A stretch of DNA of 63,994 bases, counting the filler, from Acidimicrobiia bacterium (lineage in GTDB: Bacteria > Actinomycetota > Acidimicrobiia > Spongiisociales > CAZKJJ01): assembly GCA_046759765.1 (NCBI GenBank). It is 4 parts of 4 records of this genome, joined end to end, with 100 filler letters (N's around TTAATTAATTAA, not from the genome) between each part and the next. Parts side by side here need not be neighbours in the genome. Positions count along the whole stretch, not along the records: positions 60,821 to 63,994 come from JBHICV010000227.1; 3 more parts are not named here. One strand, written 5' to 3'. The position numbers and the translations under genes were made by a program. The notes beneath the pieces are model-generated. The model ran no database searches. It was not told where the DNA came from and saw only the letters and a list, made by a program, of their open reading frames with translations. Shown in pieces: positions 61,213 to 63,994 of this stretch. Within the stretch, counting starts at the first letter, position 1, and each line of letters begins with the position of its first letter.

Positions 61213-61836
61213 GTGGACTTCGTTCGTCCCATCGAGGCCATCATCCCCGGCGTGCGGGGTCGGGTTCTCGCCGTCCTGGCGCAGACGACTGCCGACCTCA
61301 ACCTCCGGACTATCGCACGTCTCTCCGACGTGAGCTTGGCTCAGGCATCGCGCGTGCTGCCTGGCCTCGTCGAGCTGGGACTCGTCGAGCGCCGAGAGGC
61401 GGCCCCTTCATCGCTGTTCCGGCTCGTTCGCGAGCACGTTGTTGCGCGCCCGTTGCTCGAACTGGCACGAGCCCGGGACACGATGGTCGAGGAGATGGGG
61501 CGGGCGGCTGGCGACCTTCCGGTGGTGCCGGTAAGCGTGATCGTCTTCGGTTCGTTCGCTCGGGGCGAGGCGGACGAGGAGAGCGACATCGACGCCGTCT
61601 TTGTTCGAGCAGCGGACGCCAACGAAGCCGACGAGTCGTGGTCGGCGTCAGTCGAACAGTGGAGAGGCGCCGTGCGTCGGGCAAGCGGCAACCGTGTCGA
61701 GGTGCTCGAGGTCGGGTCCGACGAGGTAGCGGCTCGGCTCGGAAGCAGGCGGCAAGTCTGGCGCGAGATCCGGCGTGACGGACTGGTCGTGCACGGACTG
61801 AACCTCGACCAACTCGAGAAGCGCGTCGATGCCTAG
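61213..61836 (+). CDS. HTH + minimal nucleotidyltransferase (MNT) antitoxin-like protein
   Basis: N-terminal wHTH (LRTIARLSDVSLAQASRVL..LVELGLV), FGSFARGEADEESDIDA; GTG 61213 follows TATGCT. Confidence 0.88.
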   Translation: MDFVRPIEAIIPGVRGRVLAVLAQTTADLNLRTIARLSDVSLAQASRVLPGLVELGLVERREAAPSSLFRLVREHVVARPLLELARARDTMVEEMGRAAGDLPVVPVSVIVFGSFARGEADEESDIDAVFVRAADANEADESWSASVEQWRGAVRRASGNRVEVLEVGSDEVAARLGSRRQVWREIRRDGLVVHGLNLDQLEKRVDA

Positions 61837-62236
61837 GAAGGTGCGGACGAGAACCGTGAGCGCCGCCCAGGTGCGCGCCTACGTAGCCAAGGCCGAGGAG
61901 TACGTCGCCGCCGCATCGAGCGAACTTGAGGCTGGACGTGCCATCGCCGCAACGAGCCTGGCGATCCACGCCGCGATCAATGCCGCCGACGCCGTGTGCG
62001 GCGCACGGCTCGGCAGGCGGGCAGCGGGTCAGGACCACGACCAGGTGCTCGTGCTTCTCCGAGAAGCGGGCAAGGACGGTGCCGACCTCGAGCAGGAGCT
62101 TCGACGGCTGCTGCCAATGAAGACAAAGGCGGAGTACGAGCCCGACGACATCCCGGTCTCGGCGGCATCCAAGGCTGTCGAGCGCGCTCAGAGATGTGTG
62201 ACTGCCGCTCGGCGCGTCACCCCGTCCGGGAAGTGA
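61829..62236 (+). CDS. HEPN-domain protein
   Basis: KAEEY..AA, HAAINAADA, DH, KTKAEY; overlaps the MNT gene. Confidence 0.8.
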   Translation: MPRKVRTRTVSAAQVRAYVAKAEEYVAAASSELEAGRAIAATSLAIHAAINAADAVCGARLGRRAAGQDHDQVLVLLREAGKDGADLEQELRRLLPMKTKAEYEPDDIPVSAASKAVERAQRCVTAARRVTPSGK

Positions 62237-62359
62237 CAGAACCGCACCTGCCGCTAGGAGACGGAAGAAACTATGACTCAGGCCGACGCCGGCGAGGGCA
62301 TCGAGAAGGTCCAGGAGATGGTGGAGGCCGCCCGCCGGCTGCTCGAATCGGGAGAGCTG

Positions 62360-63529
62360 TCACCCTTCGGCTGAGACCGCCGGCGCTACGGAACCGGAGC
62401 CACGTACCATCATGCCTGTCACTTCTCCTCGTGGTTTGACTGCACCATCAGCAACCGCGTCTCGGTACGCGGAGTCCAGGTGGTCGGCCAGCTTCTCGAA
62501 CTCAGAGGGGAAGAGGTGGCCGTAGCGATCGAGGCTCACTTGGACGCTGGAATGGCCGAGGTGCTCGGAGATGGCCTTGGGACCGGCTCCCTGGGAGATG
62601 AGCAGGCTGGCAGCGGTGTGCCGCAGGTCGTGAATGCGTACCTGCTCACCCAATCCCGCCGCGGCGAGCGCTGGTCGCCAGATTCGACGGTGGAAGTTGC
62701 TGTGGCGGACGGGTGCGCCCTGGGGTGAGGTGAAGACCAAGGCATCCGCGTCTGCGTTGACCTCGCTCGCCAGGTGCCACGCCAGGCGATCCTTGAGGAA
62801 GGCCGGCAGGACCACCGTACGCCGCTGATAGGTCTTGGTCGGGCCCCAGTGGATTCGGCCACCCACATCCGCGACCGAGTCAACGACCTCGATTCGCGAG
62901 CGCAACAGATCGCAGCGGGCGCGGCGCAGCGCTGCTGCCTCACCCCACCGCAGACCCCCGTACCCGAGCAACAGGACCAGAGTTCCGTAAGGAGGCCTGG
63001 CGGCGTCGGCGAGGGCATTGAGCTCGCCCGCGGATAGGAAGTGCATCTGCGTTCTCGGCAGACGGGGCAGATCGAGGCTCTCTACCGGGTTCCTTGCCAG
63101 ATAGCCGGTTCGCATGGCCATCTTGCACATCGCTCCGAGAAGGTGAGCGGACTGGCGTACGCGAGACGCCGAAAGGCCCCTTCCTTGCAGTGTCCCGGCC
63201 CACTCGACGACGGTCATCGGGTCGATGCGGTTGATCGGTGCGTCACCGAAGGCCGGCAGGATCTGGTTCCTGAGAAGGCTCCGGTAGCCCTCGAGGGTCT
63301 TCGGCTTGAGGTGCCTCTTGGTGAAGAGGTACCGCTCGGCCCACTCGGCCAACGTGACCCTGCCGAGTTGCGGGTCGACCCACTCCCCGGCGTTCTTTTT
63401 CGCCTCGATGTGGTGGAGATAGCGCTCGGCGTCGACTCGGCGAACGAGGTTGCGGGCCCGCTCTCGACCGGATGGATCCCGATATCGAACTTGCCAACGA
63501 TCCCCTTGGAGCCTCTTGAGGTGTGCCAT
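62360..63529 (-). CDS. Tyrosine recombinase/phage-type integrase
   Basis: WQVRYRDP arm-binding domain; GLRWGE, TK, HDLRH, LGH, RY catalytic residues; strong AGGAGG RBS. Confidence 0.95.
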   Translation of the reverse strand: MAHLKRLQGDRWQVRYRDPSGRERARNLVRRVDAERYLHHIEAKKNAGEWVDPQLGRVTLAEWAERYLFTKRHLKPKTLEGYRSLLRNQILPAFGDAPINRIDPMTVVEWAGTLQGRGLSASRVRQSAHLLGAMCKMAMRTGYLARNPVESLDLPRLPRTQMHFLSAGELNALADAARPPYGTLVLLLGYGGLRWGEAAALRRARCDLLRSRIEVVDSVADVGGRIHWGPTKTYQRRTVVLPAFLKDRLAWHLASEVNADADALVFTSPQGAPVRHSNFHRRIWRPALAAAGLGEQVRIHDLRHTAASLLISQGAGPKAISEHLGHSSVQVSLDRYGHLFPSEFEKLADHLDSAYRDAVADGAVKPRGEVTGMMVRGSGSVAPAVSAEG

Positions 63530-63567
63530 TGTGTCTCCTCCTTCTCCTATGGGCTGCTAGCCGAAGA

Positions 63568-63797
63568 CTACGTACTGTCTCTGACAGAGCTCTGGCTGGA
63601 GGCAGGCATCGATCGACTTGATCCGCGTTGGCGGTTGAGCCACTGCCCACGTCGCGGCGTCGGTAGCGGAGGTGCCGGCCGACCCGGAAGCCGGGAGGGC
63701 CCTCGCCCCGGTACCTCCAGGCGTAGATGGTGGCAATGGGCACGTGGAGAAACTCGGCGAGGTCCTTCGCGGAGAGCAACGGCTCGAGCGGGTGCAT
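63568..63797 (-). pseudogene. Excisionase/AlpA-like HTH protein with a 1-nt deletion frameshift
   Basis: LLSAKDLAEFLHVPIATIYAWRYRGEGPPGFRVGRHLRYRRRDV, then continues as QWLNRQRG in another frame. Confidence 0.75.
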
Positions 63798-63994
63798 CCC
63801 CCGATCATGGGACGCCACCCTTTCATTTCGTTCTCATTTCGTTGCCATTCCGGCTGCTTCCCCTTGCCCAGAGCCAAGTTCTAGGGGGTGGCGTCCGGCC
63901 CTGGCGAACCGGACATGGGACCTGCGACTGGCCGATAACAGGCCTGTTGCGCGCATCTTGAGAGGCTTTCTGACACTCGACTGAGAGGGTGGTC

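Larger units (their letters stand above)
60914..63994. mobile_element. Edge of a tRNA-targeting integrative element/genomic island
   Basis: tRNA fragment + TA module + tyrosine integrase + excisionase-like HTH. Confidence 0.75.

Overview
High-GC actinobacterial DNA, probably Acidimicrobiia-like (inferred from gene content). It consists of four contigs joined by artificial 100-nt linkers (N44-TTAATTAATTAA-N44 at 20496-20595, 40765-40864 and 60721-60820), so adjacency across linkers is not real evidence. Contig 1 carries ABC transporters, a tricorn protease, pntAB, a LexA-boxed DEDD/GIY-YIG nuclease, a frameshifted SulP and a CPA1 antiporter. Contig 2 has a tRNA-adjacent HTH/LAGLIDADG-like ORF, four tRNAs and the core run tig-clpP-clpX-valS-folC-ndk-mreBCD-mrdA-rodA-tdk-rne-rplU-rpmA-obgE. 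Contig 3 has a clear XerC/XerD dif-like site (42014-42041) next to a small Zn-finger gene bracketed by a repeated CGTCACGTGACG palindrome module. It also carries metabolic genes, lon, whiB, 5S rRNA and the 3' end of a 23S rRNA gene interrupted by a 261-nt ORF-less group I intron after U2604 (E. coli numbering). Contig 4 is the edge of an island at a tRNA-Arg(CCT) 3' fragment, with an MNT-HEPN pair, a tyrosine integrase and a frameshifted excisionase. The best leads are the dif-proximal palindrome/Zn-finger module, the 23S group I intron, two unassigned structured intergenic RNAs, and several families of small palindromic or heptamer repeats. All calls come from reading the sequence by eye; no searches were run.
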